Of a DNA stretch of 64,000 bases, positions 1 through 10,411 are shown piece by piece. Where the stretch lies: NCBI GenBank assembly GCA_964614535.1, contig CAZTOZ010000023.1:81552-145551 (forward strand), in the 5' to 3' direction. This DNA comes from an uncultured Thiotrichales bacterium (GTDB lineage: Bacteria; Pseudomonadota; Gammaproteobacteria; UWMA-0217). The number at the start of each line of letters is the position of its first letter. Position 1 is the stretch's first letter. The notes under the pieces are model-generated. The model was not told where the DNA came from, did not search any database, and saw only the letters and a program-made list of their open reading frames with translations. The translations under genes were made by a program, and so were the position numbers.

Positions 1-642
1 GTATTCATCGTCGACGACGACGACGCCGTCAGAGACTCGCTCCGATACCTGCTGGAATCCGCCGACCTGCGGGTCGAGGACTTCGCCAGCGCCGAGGAAT
101 TTCTCGAGGTCTACTCCCCCTACCGCGTCGGCTGTCTGCTGCTCGATATCCGCATGCCCGGCATGGGCGGAATGGAGTTGCTGGAGCGGCTCGCCGAGCG
201 CAAATTCTTCTTGCCGATCATCATCATCACCGGCCACGGCGACGTGAGCCTGGCGGTGCGGTCGATCAAGACCGGCGCATTCGACTTCATCGAGAAACCG
301 TTCAACACCGAGGATGTGCTGGCCCGCGTCAATGCCGGCATCGCGCTGGACAAGAAATACCGCTACGAGCGGCTGGCCTACGACGCGGTGGAGGCGCGCA
401 TCTCCAACCTGACGCCGCGGGAGAAGCAGGTGCTGGATCTGGTCATCAGCGACAACTCCAACAAGCAGATCGCGCAGACGCTGGGCGTCAGTATCAAGAC
501 GGTGGAGTTTCATCGGGCCCGGGTGATGGAGAAGATGCACGCCGATTCGTTGCTGCATCTGTCACAGATGGTGCGGGACGTGTTGCCGGTGCGCAAGGCC
601 GAGGCAGCGGACGAGACACCACCGCTCGATATGGCGCGTTGA
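1..642 (+). CDS. FixJ/LuxR-family two-component response regulator (5' end lies outside window)
   Basis: Frame 1 is open from nt 1. The translation has a receiver domain (LLLDIRMPGMGGMELL, IIIITGHGD) plus a C-terminal LuxR-type HTH (LTPREKQVLDLV...QIAQTLGVSIKTVEFHR). Confidence 0.85.
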   Translation, partial: VFIVDDDDAVRDSLRYLLESADLRVEDFASAEEFLEVYSPYRVGCLLLDIRMPGMGGMELLERLAERKFFLPIIIITGHGDVSLAVRSIKTGAFDFIEKPFNTEDVLARVNAGIALDKKYRYERLAYDAVEARISNLTPREKQVLDLVISDNSNKQIAQTLGVSIKTVEFHRARVMEKMHADSLLHLSQMVRDVLPVRKAEAADETPPLDMAR

Positions 643-675
643 GGACGGCGGACGGAATGGAACCGGGGGGGCGTG

Positions 676-1389
676 TCACCCGTCGATCGGGTGGTAGGCC
701 TTGAGGAACATCGTGAACGACGTCCCCTTCTCCACATGGGTGATCGTCACCGGCAGATAGTTCAACTCGGGGGCGAGACAGAGGCTGGTGCTGCGTTTCC
801 TACTGTGGCGCTCGACGCGGTATTCGACGCAGTCGAAACGGCCCGCCGGCGTGTCCACCCGGCGTTTCCCCACACGCTGGAATTCGAGCCGTTTCGAGCG
901 CCCCCGTTCGGCAATGTCGTAGCCGAAGCGCTCCCTGTCGAGTCCCGCGTCGCGCATCAGCGCAATCTCCACCGACGCGCGGTCCAGGGTGTTGGCGGGC
1001 ACCTGATAGTCGTAGTCCTTCTCTTTGTAACGCTCGACGATGCGATCGCCCTCGAGCAGCCGGATGGTGTTGCGCAGGCGCCGCTTGCCGTCGTCACGGA
1101 CGTAGCGGTAGCGATCCATCGTCAACCGGCCATCTTCGACGCGCCCCTCGCTGGTTTCGTTGATGACGTCCCGGCGAAACAGTGCCAGCAGCCCGCGGCT
1201 GCGTGTCTCCTTGTGGTAGCGATAGCGGTCGTTGTCGTAACGTAATGAGATTTTCACGTCACCCAGCGTCAGTCCCGCCTTTTTCACCGTATAGACGGCA
1301 GTGAACGCCGGCGGCAGCGACCGCGGGCCGGCCAGGGCGGGCAACAGCGTGGCGATGCCGAGCAGCAGGGTGAAGAAGATCCGTCTCAT
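676..1389 (-). CDS. DUF3108-like secreted protein
   Basis: Chosen start MRRIFFTLLLGIATLLPALAG is a signal peptide. The basic, Arg/Tyr-rich body is typical of DUF3108. The longer upstream ORF extension is GC-frame noise. Confidence 0.55.
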   Translation of the reverse strand: MRRIFFTLLLGIATLLPALAGPRSLPPAFTAVYTVKKAGLTLGDVKISLRYDNDRYRYHKETRSRGLLALFRRDVINETSEGRVEDGRLTMDRYRYVRDDGKRRLRNTIRLLEGDRIVERYKEKDYDYQVPANTLDRASVEIALMRDAGLDRERFGYDIAERGRSKRLEFQRVGKRRVDTPAGRFDCVEYRVERHSRKRSTSLCLAPELNYLPVTITHVEKGTSFTMFLKAYHPIDG

Positions 1390-1540
1390 GGGGTTTCCGG
1401 TTACCGATGTTGCCCGGCAGCTTGGTGACAGGCGAGTGAACGAACGATGAACGGGTTGGTGAGACAACGCGTTTTTCCGTCGTTGGCCAGGGCCGATCTT
1501 ATCATGAGCGATCCACATACCCGGAGCGGGGGAGATCACA

Positions 1541-3400
1541 ATGCAACACTTTCGATCCATTCTGCTGGTGGCGCTGCTGGCGTCGCTGCTGCCGCTGGCC
1601 GGTGCCAACCAGCTCAAACACCATCCGTCACCCTACCTGGCGTTGCACGGCGACGATCCGGTGGCATGGCTTCCCTGGGGCGCCGAGGCGCTAGAGAAGG
1701 CACGGAAGGAGAAGCGGCTGATCTTCGTCTCGGTGGGCTATTTCTCCTGCCACTGGTGCCATGTGATGCAGCGTGAATCGTTCTCCGACCCGGCCATCGC
1801 CGAGGTTCTCAACCGCCACTACGTCTCGATCAAGGTGGATCGCGAGCTGAATCCGGCACTCGACCGACGGCTGTTGGATTTCGTCCAGGCCACGAGCGGG
1901 CGGGGTGGCTGGCCGATGAATGTCTTTCTCACGCCCAGCGGTTATCCCATCGCCGGGCTCACCTATGCGCCACCAGGGCGTTTCAAGCGCATCATCGAGG
2001 ATCTTCAGCAACGCTGGCAGCGTGACCGGGATGAACTCGAGGCGGCCGCGCGCGATGTCGACCGGGAGCTGGCGGCGCGTCGTGCGCAACAGAACGCCAC
2101 CACCGACGCGCGGCCACCCGCCGCCCTGGCCGAGCCGCTTCGACAGGCACTGATGCAGGTCGCCGACCGGCTCAAGGGGGGGTTCGGCGATCAGGCCAAG
2201 TTTCCGTCGGTCCCCCAGCTCTGGGCGCTGATGATGCTTGCGCCCGATGCGGAAAGTGACGAATTCCTGCGGCTGACGCTGGATGTGATGGCGACCCACG
2301 GGCTGCACGACGCCGTCGGCGGCGGCTTTTTCCGCTATACCGTCGATCCCGACTGGGAGACGCCCCACTACGAGAAGATGCTCTATACCAACGCCTTGCT
2401 GGCCATGCTCTATTTCCGTGCGGCCGAACGCTTCGACGAGCCACGCTACCGCGACATCGCGCTCGAGACGCTGCGCTTCATGACACGGGAGATGACGGGC
2501 AGGGGTGGCGCCTTCATCGCCAGTCTCTCCGCCGTCGACGACGAGGGCATCGAGGGCGCCTACTATCTCTGGAGCCAGCAACAGCTGCGCCGCCATCTGA
2601 CCCCGCAGGAGATGGACCTCGTCAATGTCGGATGGGCGATGAATCGCTACGACGATGACGAGGTGGAGGTGTTGCCGTTGCAGCGGGTGGATGAAGAGTC
2701 ACTGGCCGAGCAGTTCGGCCTCGAGCCGGCGGAACTTGGTGTCAGAATGGAGCGGATCCGGCAGAAACTGCGGCAGGCGCGTGAGCGCAGCCGCAGCCTG
2801 CCACGGGACGACAAAAGGTTGGCGGCCTGGAACGGCATGGCGCTGGCGGCGCTGGCCGATGCCGCCGCGATGGACGAGCGCCTGCGGGCCCGGGGCAAGC
2901 GTGTGCGGCGCTTCATCGCCGAGACGCTGTGGAATGGCAGGGCGTTGTACCGGGCGGTCGATGCCGACGGTGGTGGCATCGGGCCGGGCGGGCTCGATGA
3001 CTATGCCTGGGCCGCGCTGGGTCTGCTGCGCTGGGCCGAGGCCAGTGGCGATGCGGCCGCCGCGCGACTGGGCCACGAGCTGGTGCAGCAGGGGTGGCGC
3101 CGTTTTCACGACGCCGATGGCTGGCGCGAGACCGAAGAGACGTTGTTGCCGGCGCCGATCCGCCAGCGTCACATACCCGATGGCGCGCTGCCGTCGGCCG
3201 AGGTGGTGTTGTTGCGAGCCACCGCGCTGAGCCTGCGGCACAAGACCGATCCCACGCTGCAACGCCGGCTCCGGCAGGTGCTGACGACGGCCACGCGGGC
3301 ATTGGAGGAATCCCTCTATTGGCATGGCACCCTGATTGCCTGGGCCCACGAGGCGGAAAAGCGACCACAGGTTAATTCCCAACGGGCCGGGGATGGCTAG
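1541..3400 (+). CDS. thioredoxin-domain protein, YyaL/DUF255 family (N-acylglucosamine-2-epimerase-like C-terminal domain)
   Basis: Signal peptide present. FSCHWCHVM thioredoxin-like motif and YyaL family-wide similarity over 619 aa. A GGGGGAG ribosome-binding site lies 6 nt upstream. Confidence 0.85.
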   Translation: MQHFRSILLVALLASLLPLAGANQLKHHPSPYLALHGDDPVAWLPWGAEALEKARKEKRLIFVSVGYFSCHWCHVMQRESFSDPAIAEVLNRHYVSIKVDRELNPALDRRLLDFVQATSGRGGWPMNVFLTPSGYPIAGLTYAPPGRFKRIIEDLQQRWQRDRDELEAAARDVDRELAARRAQQNATTDARPPAALAEPLRQALMQVADRLKGGFGDQAKFPSVPQLWALMMLAPDAESDEFLRLTLDVMATHGLHDAVGGGFFRYTVDPDWETPHYEKMLYTNALLAMLYFRAAERFDEPRYRDIALETLRFMTREMTGRGGAFIASLSAVDDEGIEGAYYLWSQQQLRRHLTPQEMDLVNVGWAMNRYDDDEVEVLPLQRVDEESLAEQFGLEPAELGVRMERIRQKLRQARERSRSLPRDDKRLAAWNGMALAALADAAAMDERLRARGKRVRRFIAETLWNGRALYRAVDADGGGIGPGGLDDYAWAALGLLRWAEASGDAAAARLGHELVQQGWRRFHDADGWRETEETLLPAPIRQRHIPDGALPSAEVVLLRATALSLRHKTDPTLQRRLRQVLTTATRALEESLYWHGTLIAWAHEAEKRPQVNSQRAGDG

Positions 3401-3413
3401 AATGCCCCATCGG

Positions 3414-3429
3414 CATGATATTTATCATG
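3414..3429. promoter_or_regulatory. AT-rich 7-2-7 palindrome CATGATAttTATCATG upstream of the hemerythrin-like gene (Fur-box-like)
   Basis: Perfect inverted repeat built from GATAAT-like hexamers, in the promoter region of the downstream gene. Confidence 0.25.
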
Positions 3430-3584
3430 ATTCCGGAGAATTACGGGGCAGGCTGTGGCGCTTCGGTCATGAGCGGGGTTCTACCCTGATTTCATTGGGC
3501 GTATATTCCGCTTGCCGGGCATCGGCGGGTGGGTTTGGCAGATCTGCCCGCCGCGCTGGTGATCAGAGAATGGAGGAAAAGAAT

Positions 3585-4019
3585 ATGGTCACTTTCGACT
3601 TGTTGAACGAACAGAACCACAAGATCTCGGAGCTCATCAACGTGCTCGACGTGTTGATCCGCGATCGCGCGTCGCTGGACAACCGGGTGGTCAGCGAAAT
3701 GTTCTTTCGCTTCGTCGATGCCGTCAAGGAGCACCTCGACCTCGAAGACAAGTCGGTCTATACCTGCCTCATCACCCATCGCGACAGCAACATCAACAAC
3801 ACCGCCAAGCTGTTCATGTCCGGCGCGTCCGAAATCCGCCGCATCTTCGACAAGTACGTGCGGAAATGGACCCGTCACAAGCGTCTGCACGTAGCCGATC
3901 ACGAGACGTTTCTGAAAGAGACCGAGGAGATGTTCGACTTCGTCCTCAACCGCGTCCAGGACGAGAGCGAGAAGCTCTACCCGCTGCTGCGCAAGATCGA
4001 GGATTGCGGGATCAAGTGA
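3585..4019 (+). CDS. hypothetical protein, possibly hemerythrin-like (HHE cation-binding) domain
   Basis: 144-aa ORF. A GGAGG ribosome-binding site sits 7 nt before the ATG. HxxxE spacing motifs are present (HKISE, EHLDLE, HVADHE). GC content is lower than in neighbouring genes. Confidence 0.4.
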   Translation: MVTFDLLNEQNHKISELINVLDVLIRDRASLDNRVVSEMFFRFVDAVKEHLDLEDKSVYTCLITHRDSNINNTAKLFMSGASEIRRIFDKYVRKWTRHKRLHVADHETFLKETEEMFDFVLNRVQDESEKLYPLLRKIEDCGIK

Positions 4020-4111
4020 GCGTCGCCGTCTTCACCGGGCGGCGGGCGGTTTCTCCCGGCCCGGTCTCGCGCCAGGGCACGGCCCGCGGCCGGTAGAAGA
4101 ATGCAACGCCA

Positions 4112-5062
4112 TCAGATCCCGAGGCGCTTGACCTCCAGCCCCTCTTTCAACCCTTCCAGCTGATCCGGGTCGAACAGCATCGTGCCCGGCTGGGTCACGG
4201 CGCCGCTGCCGCAGGCCAACCCCTGTAGCAACACCTCCTCGGCGGAGCGGCCATCGGCCAGTGCATCGAGCAGCCCCGCCACCATTGCGTCCCCCGCGCC
4301 GACGGAGCACATGATGCGGATCTTCGGTGCCGGCGCATAGAAGCTGTCCTCGTCGTTGACGAAGACGGCGCCTTCGGCCCCCATCGAGACACAGACGTTG
4401 GCGACGCCACCGCGCTGCAGCTGCCGCGCCTGCTTGGCAATCGATTCGATGGTCGGCAATGCCTTGCCGCTGGTGATCTCCAGTTCATAGACATTGGGCT
4501 TGATGAGATAGGGGCGCGTCTCGAGCGCGCTGATCAGCATGTCGTCCTTGGTGTCGATGACCACCTTCGCGCCCTGTTCACTGAGCTGGGCGCTGAGTTT
4601 GGCATAGAGGTCGGTTGGCACGCCGTTGGGCAGTGAGCCGGTGAGCACGCCGTACCCGTCGCCGGCGAGCTTGAGAAAGCGCCGGGTGATGGTGGCGATC
4701 TCGTCGCTACCGATGCTTTCGGGGGCGACGCCGCTGATCTTGAATTCGGTGGGCGGCCGACGCTGTTGAATGGTGCTGTTGATGCGGGTCTCGCCCTCGA
4801 CGGTGATGAACTCGGGGACGATGCCCTCCAGGCCGAGCAGGTGCTTGAGCATGGCACCACTCTCGCCGGCGAGGATGCAGCAGGTGTGGGCCTCCTTGCC
4901 GAGCCGCTTCAGCGCCCGTGAGACGTTGATGGCATTGCCACCGCAGTCGTAGCGGGCGTGTCGGGCCTTGGTCTTGCGAAATGGCACCAACTCCGAGACC
5001 AGATAGGAGAGGTCGATGGCGGGGTTGAGGGCCAGGGTCGCGATGGGCTTGTTGTCTGCCAT
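4112..5062 (-). CDS. PfkB-family sugar kinase (1-phosphofructokinase/tagatose-6-P kinase subfamily)
   Basis: Ribokinase-fold motifs (GGNAINVSRAL; C-terminal GAGDAMVAGLL). 316 aa, the typical size. Confidence 0.8.
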   Translation of the reverse strand: MADNKPIATLALNPAIDLSYLVSELVPFRKTKARHARYDCGGNAINVSRALKRLGKEAHTCCILAGESGAMLKHLLGLEGIVPEFITVEGETRINSTIQQRRPPTEFKISGVAPESIGSDEIATITRRFLKLAGDGYGVLTGSLPNGVPTDLYAKLSAQLSEQGAKVVIDTKDDMLISALETRPYLIKPNVYELEITSGKALPTIESIAKQARQLQRGGVANVCVSMGAEGAVFVNDEDSFYAPAPKIRIMCSVGAGDAMVAGLLDALADGRSAEEVLLQGLACGSGAVTQPGTMLFDPDQLEGLKEGLEVKRLGI

Positions 5063-5064
5063 GT

Positions 5065-6609
5065 TCAGAATCCCAGTGAGTGTTTTTTCAGGATGAGGCT
5101 GCGGCCGGTCATGTTCACCGGTTTGGACAACCCCAGCAGCTCCAGCACCGTCGGTGCGATGTCGGCGAGCCCCCGGCCGGTGCCGAGCTGGACGTCGCCG
5201 GCGCCGATCATCAACAGCGGCACCGGATAGGCGGTGTGCTGCGTGTGCGGCTCGCCGGTCAGGGGATCGACCATTTCGTCACAGTTTCCGTGATCGGCGG
5301 TCAGCAGGATACGGAAACCGTGTCTTTTTGCGGCCTCGATCACGCGATGCACCTGCACGTCCAGCGCCTCCACCGCCTTGACGACCGCATCGAGATCCGC
5401 CGTATGTCCGACCATGTCGCCATTGGCGAAGTTCACCAGCACGAAGTTGTATTTCTCGGTTTCGATGGCCTCGATCACACGATCGGCGACCTTCGGCGAA
5501 CTCATCTCCGGTTGTTGGTCGTAGGTGGCGACCTCGGGTGACGGTATCACCTCCCGATCCTCGCCGGGGAACGGTTTTTCCCAGCCCCCATTGAAAAAAT
5601 AGGTGACATGGGGGAATTTTTCAGTCTCGGCGCAGTGAAACTGCCGCATGCCGGCGTTGCTGATCACCTCCGCCAGCACTTTCTTCGGGTGGATCGGCGG
5701 GAACAGCACCGGAAACGGGAAGCGGGCGTTGTACTGGGTCAGGCAGGTGATCGGGCGCGGACCGATGTCGCCACGGTCGAAGTCGCTGAAATCCGGCAGG
5801 CCGATGGCGGCGGCGAGCTGCCGCGCGCGGTCGCTGCGAAAGTTGAAGAACAGCACATGCTCGTTCGCCTTGATCAGTGGCGGCTTGGGGTGGTCGATGA
5901 CGGTCGGTTTGAGGAATTCATCGGTTTCGCCGCGAGCGTAGGCGTTTTCGATCGCTTCGCGCGGCGTGTTGGCGCGTTCGCCCGATCCAAGTACGATGGC
6001 GCGCCAGGCGCGCTCGGTCCGCTCGCGGTGTTTGGCGCGATCCATCGCCCAGTATCGGCCGCAGACCGTGGCGATATGGCCGCTGCCGAGGCTCTCCAGT
6101 TTCTTCTCCAGTTGCTCCAGATAGCTCAGGGCCGATTTCGGCGGCGTGTCGCGGCCATCGGTGATCATGTGGATCACCGGCTCGACGCCCGCCTTGACGA
6201 TCAGCGGCAGCAGGTCGAGCAGGTGGGCGATGTGAGAATGGACACCACCGTCGGAGACCAGCCCGACCAGATGCAGTCGCGAGCCACTTTCGAGCAGCGC
6301 CTGCCAGTCGGGGTGTTTCTCCAGATCGCCGTCGTGAATCGCTTCCGCGACCCGGAGCAGCTCCTGTTCCAGCACCCGGCCGGCCCCCATGGTCAGATGG
6401 CCGACCTCGGAGTTGCCGAACTGTCCGTCCGGCAGGCCGACGGCATGCCCCGAGGCTTGCAGCAGCGTATGCGGATTGGTGGCGAAGTACTCATCCAGGT
6501 GGGGCGTGCGGGACTGCGCCCAGGCGTTGTACTTGCGGCTGGGATTGACGCCGAAGCCATCGAAGATGATGAGTAGTACCGAATTCGAATTCACTGCGTT
6601 TCCTGTCAT
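5065..6609 (-). CDS. gpmI: 2,3-bisphosphoglycerate-independent phosphoglycerate mutase
   Basis: Full-length iPGM similarity (N-terminal LLIIFDGFG, metal-binding DHG/ADHGN motifs). Lies 2 nt downstream of the pfkB-like gene, so co-transcription is likely. Confidence 0.95.
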   Translation of the reverse strand: MTGNAVNSNSVLLIIFDGFGVNPSRKYNAWAQSRTPHLDEYFATNPHTLLQASGHAVGLPDGQFGNSEVGHLTMGAGRVLEQELLRVAEAIHDGDLEKHPDWQALLESGSRLHLVGLVSDGGVHSHIAHLLDLLPLIVKAGVEPVIHMITDGRDTPPKSALSYLEQLEKKLESLGSGHIATVCGRYWAMDRAKHRERTERAWRAIVLGSGERANTPREAIENAYARGETDEFLKPTVIDHPKPPLIKANEHVLFFNFRSDRARQLAAAIGLPDFSDFDRGDIGPRPITCLTQYNARFPFPVLFPPIHPKKVLAEVISNAGMRQFHCAETEKFPHVTYFFNGGWEKPFPGEDREVIPSPEVATYDQQPEMSSPKVADRVIEAIETEKYNFVLVNFANGDMVGHTADLDAVVKAVEALDVQVHRVIEAAKRHGFRILLTADHGNCDEMVDPLTGEPHTQHTAYPVPLLMIGAGDVQLGTGRGLADIAPTVLELLGLSKPVNMTGRSLILKKHSLGF

Positions 6610-6803
6610 TTTATTGTCTGGCTATGGCTCTGCGGCTCGCTGCTGCAACAGCGTTTCCGGCCGGTGGAGCCTCTTGTTGTTGTCGAGGCCGTATCCGCCT
6701 CCTGAGTAGCGGCCATGGTGCGGTGCACCGCTGGTGCCGGCGGGAATCGCTCGCCCCGTCGGGAAGGGGGAGGAAACCCGGCGCCGGATAGGGCGAGAGG
6801 TTG

Positions 6804-7181
6804 TCAGTCGTCGCCGAGCAGATCCTTGAGGCCGGCGAATGGATTGTGCGTGGCACCCGGTTTCCGGGATGTGCCGTCGCCTGCACCGGAAGCGGCGGCG
6901 ATATGGTCTTCGTAGCGGGAGTGTTCGTTGTCGTGGCAATAGATGCAGAGCAACTCCCAGTTGCTGCCATCGGGCGGATTGTTGTCGTGATTGTGGTCGC
7001 GATGATGAACCGTCAGCTCCCGCAAGTTCTTGTGATCGAACGCCCGGCCACAACGTCCACAGACCCAGGGGTACATCTTGAGCGCCTGTTCGCGGTAGCC
7101 ACGTTCCCTGGCCTCCATCTCCTGCCGGGCCCGGGCCACGATCCGGGCGCGTTTCTCCTCCGCCGATTCGCCTGTTGTCAT
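6804..7181 (-). CDS. yajD: HNH-endonuclease-family protein YajD
   Basis: 125 aa. HNH core VHHRDHNHDNN...NWELLCIYCHDNEHSRYEDH. Start chosen at MTTGESAEEK, because the upstream ORF extension is non-coding-looking. Confidence 0.75.
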   Translation of the reverse strand: MTTGESAEEKRARIVARARQEMEARERGYREQALKMYPWVCGRCGRAFDHKNLRELTVHHRDHNHDNNPPDGSNWELLCIYCHDNEHSRYEDHIAAASGAGDGTSRKPGATHNPFAGLKDLLGDD

Positions 7182-7319
7182 CCCAACGGTTCCAATCGTG
7201 TGACACAGCCGACGATCATACTGGTTGACAGCGGTCGATTTCAATTGGCGCACCCCTCGCGGGGGTGGGGCCGATTGGTGCGGAAGCTGTGATGGATGGC
7301 AGGCGCAGTGATCCGGCAC

Positions 7320-7350
7320 AAAAAAACCCGGGCAGCCGACGCTGTCCGGG
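7320..7350 (-). terminator. rho-independent terminator (10-bp GC stem CCCGGACAGC/GCTGCCCGGG + T7) on minus strand
   Basis: Read directly from sequence. Located ~220 nt downstream of the amtB stop, between amtB and yajD. Confidence 0.6.
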
Positions 7351-7568
7351 TTGGAGGAATATGCCCGATGAATCTCTAGGCGTAGTGTGCTTGTTGTTAT
7401 TGTTGTAGCGCGCCGAGATTGTCGCGGATATCGGCATACCTGCCACGTACGCTGGTCACGCACTTTGCGTGGGCGGGACCGTGGACTGGCCCGGGTTGTG
7501 ACCGGTTCGGCAGCGCCGCTGTCGGCGCCACCCTCGCCAGGATTGCCCCATCTCATGGAGTCTCCGGG

Positions 7569-8873
7569 TCAGTGGATGTCGTAGCCGCGCTCCTCGTGGG
7601 CGGAGATGTCGAGACCTTCGGTCTCCTCTTCGGGGGAGATCCGCAGTCCGACCAGCAGGCCGACGATCTTCAGCAGTACCCAGCTGACCACAGCGGTATA
7701 GAGCAGTGTCGCCACGATGCCGATGACCTGCACCTTGAGCTGCGCCGGTATCGAGTCGATGCCGTCGGCGAAGCCCTGGCCACTGAACAGCCCCAGTTGG
7801 GTGGAGGCGAATATTCCGGCCAGAAAGGTGCCGAGTATGCCGCCGACACCGTGCACGGGAAAGACATCGAGCGAATCGTCGATCTTCAGCACGCGCTTGA
7901 TGAACATCGTTGCATTGAAGCAGACGAAACCGGCCAGCACGCCGATCACCAGCGCGGCCGCGGGACCGACGTAACCGGAAGCCGGCGTGATGGTGCCAAG
8001 CCCGGCCACCATGCCCGTGACGGTGCCCAGCACGGTCGGTTTCTTGAAGCGGATCCATTCGATGAACATCCAGGTCATGGCACCGGCGGCGGCGGAGATG
8101 TGGGTTACCAGCATCGCCATCGCCGCGTCGCCGTTGGCCGCCAGTGCGCTGCCGCCATTGAAGCCGAACCAGCCCACCCAGAGCATGCCGGCGCCGGTCA
8201 CCACCATGGTGAGGTTGTGCGGCATCATCGGTGTCTCGGGGAAGCCACGGCGCGGTCCGAGCACGATGGCAGCCACCAGTGCCGCGACACCGGCGGTGAT
8301 GTGGACGACGGTCCCGCCGGCGAAGTCCAGCAATCCCATTTCACCGAGCCAGCCGCCACCCCATACCCAGTGGGTCACCGGTGCATAGACCGCCAGCAAC
8401 CAAAGGCAGGAGAACAGCACGACGGCGCTGAACTTCATGCGTTCGGCGTAGCCGCCGACGACCAGCGCCGGGGTGATGATGGCGAACGTCATCTGGAACA
8501 GCACAAACAGCGATTCGGGAATGCCGCCCGAGAGCGTCTCTTCGCCGATGCCGGCGAACATCGCCTTCGACAGGCCGCCGACGAAGGCGTTGCCTGGCGC
8601 GAAGGAGAGGCTGTAACCGGCCACCAGCCACAGCACCGTGACCAGGCCGGCAATGACGAAGCACTGCATCAGAATCGACAGCACGTTCTTGCTCCGCACC
8701 AGCCCGCCGTAGAAGAGGGCGAGGCCGGGCAGGGTCATGAACAGTACCAGTGCGGTAGAGGTGAGGATCCAGGCGGTATCGCCGCCGTTGAGGGTTGCTT
8801 CGCCGGCGAACAGAACCCCGGGCAACAGCAGGCCGCCCAGAGCCATGGCGAAGCGTTGGGAAAACAGACGCAT
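7569..8873 (-). CDS. amtB: ammonium transporter
   Basis: 11-TM Amt family with signal peptide. Conserved motifs (DFAGGTVVHI, GAxAER-like) and a downstream position relative to glnK. Confidence 0.95.
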   Translation of the reverse strand: MRLFSQRFAMALGGLLLPGVLFAGEATLNGGDTAWILTSTALVLFMTLPGLALFYGGLVRSKNVLSILMQCFVIAGLVTVLWLVAGYSLSFAPGNAFVGGLSKAMFAGIGEETLSGGIPESLFVLFQMTFAIITPALVVGGYAERMKFSAVVLFSCLWLLAVYAPVTHWVWGGGWLGEMGLLDFAGGTVVHITAGVAALVAAIVLGPRRGFPETPMMPHNLTMVVTGAGMLWVGWFGFNGGSALAANGDAAMAMLVTHISAAAGAMTWMFIEWIRFKKPTVLGTVTGMVAGLGTITPASGYVGPAAALVIGVLAGFVCFNATMFIKRVLKIDDSLDVFPVHGVGGILGTFLAGIFASTQLGLFSGQGFADGIDSIPAQLKVQVIGIVATLLYTAVVSWVLLKIVGLLVGLRISPEEETEGLDISAHEERGYDIH

Positions 8874-8986
8874 GTTCAAGGGACTCTCCAGTCGGGTTGA
8901 GGTGTAGGCGTGTAGGGGAAACCATGAAATAGACGGCCGGGTCCGCGTTGGCGGCGGTGTGCCGGCGGGGTGCCTTCGGCGCCCGG

Positions 8987-9385
<399 letters not shown>

Positions 9386-9552
9386 TCACTACCCGACCCG
9401 GCCGGAAGCACGCTGGCTTCCGGCCCTGGCTGGTTTGCCGATGCGCCGAAATGCGCAGCGATGGCCGCCTCGACGGCGGCACCCGGAAACCGGATCGTCC
9501 AGCCGGCTGGCGCATTTACCGGCCGGCCGCCATCGAACCCTACGCAACGGGC

Positions 9553-10167
9553 TCATATGAACAGATTGACGTCCGCTTTCTGGGCGCGGGGCAGAAACGA
9601 CGCGGCGCCGACCCAGTCGCTCACTTCGTCGATGAAGTCCGCCTGATCCCAGCCGAACAGATCGACCGTCATCTGGCAGGCGATCATCTTCACGTCGGCC
9701 TCGATCGAGAGTTCGCGCAGCTGCTCGATGCTGGCGACCCCTTTTTTCTCGATCGTCTTTTTCATCATCGCGGTGGCCATCGACTCGAAGCCGGGGACGA
9801 TGGACATGATGGCGTTGGGTATCGACAGTTCCTTCTCCTGCAGCCACTGTGGCCCTTCGGGCATTTTCATCGGCATCGCCGGATTGCCGAGCGGGCTGAT
9901 CTTCAGATCGAGCTCCTTTTTCAGCAGCGCCAGGCCGTAGAAGGTGAAGAATATCGACACCTCCCAGCCCAGCGCCGCGGCGGTCGAGGCGAGAATGAAC
10001 GGCGGATAGGCCATGTCCAGCGTTCCCTTGGTGGCGATGATCGTCATCGATGGTTGGTGGGCCGCTGCCCGTTCGGCCATCTTCCGGTCGAATCTCTCGT
10101 CGAACCAGGCATCGAGGTCGTCGGGCAGGGTGGATTTGTCGGTCGAGGTGACTTCTGCGGTGCTCAT
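9553..10167 (-). CDS. DsrE/DsrF/DsrH-like (DsrE2-type) sulfur-relay family protein
   Basis: 205 aa from MSTAEV (GGAG ribosome-binding site). The motif TIIATKGTLD...FFTFYGLALL and a conserved Cys in KMIACQMTV fit the DrsE_2 family. Lies immediately downstream of a TusA gene. Confidence 0.55.
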   Translation of the reverse strand: MSTAEVTSTDKSTLPDDLDAWFDERFDRKMAERAAAHQPSMTIIATKGTLDMAYPPFILASTAAALGWEVSIFFTFYGLALLKKELDLKISPLGNPAMPMKMPEGPQWLQEKELSIPNAIMSIVPGFESMATAMMKKTIEKKGVASIEQLRELSIEADVKMIACQMTVDLFGWDQADFIDEVSDWVGAASFLPRAQKADVNLFI

Positions 10168-10177
10168 CGGGATCTCC

Positions 10178-10411
10178 TCACTGTTTGCGAATGACGAAAT
10201 GGAACGCGCCATCCTGTTCCATCGACTCGAGCAGGGCATGCCCGGTCTGTTGGCAGAACGAGCGGATGTCCTTGACCGAGCCGGGATCGGTGGCGACGAC
10301 CTTCAGCAAGGCGCCGCTGTCGAGCGCGGCGATGGCCTTTTTCGTCTTCAGAATCGGTAATGGGCAGTTGAGGCCGCTGGTGTCGAGGGTGGTTACGGTC
10401 GGTTGGTTCAT
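10178..10411 (-). CDS. tusA: TusA-family sulfurtransferase
   Basis: 77 aa with the canonical CPxP active-site motif (LNCPLPIL). Confidence 0.8.
   Translation of the reverse strand: MNQPTVTTLDTSGLNCPLPILKTKKAIAALDSGALLKVVATDPGSVKDIRSFCQQTGHALLESMEQDGAFHFVIRKQ

Noticed and set aside
7419-8900. 493-aa ORF (and many other 100-500-aa ORFs, e.g. 10538-11956, 22750-24741, 38099-39715, 40170-42194) antisense to or out of frame with recognised genes
   Set aside because: These are typical high-GC frame artefacts. The products are Arg/Gly/Ala/Pro-rich low-complexity strings with no start context or ribosome-binding site. They fully overlap well-supported genes such as amtB, thrC, hscA and the QEGLA gene.
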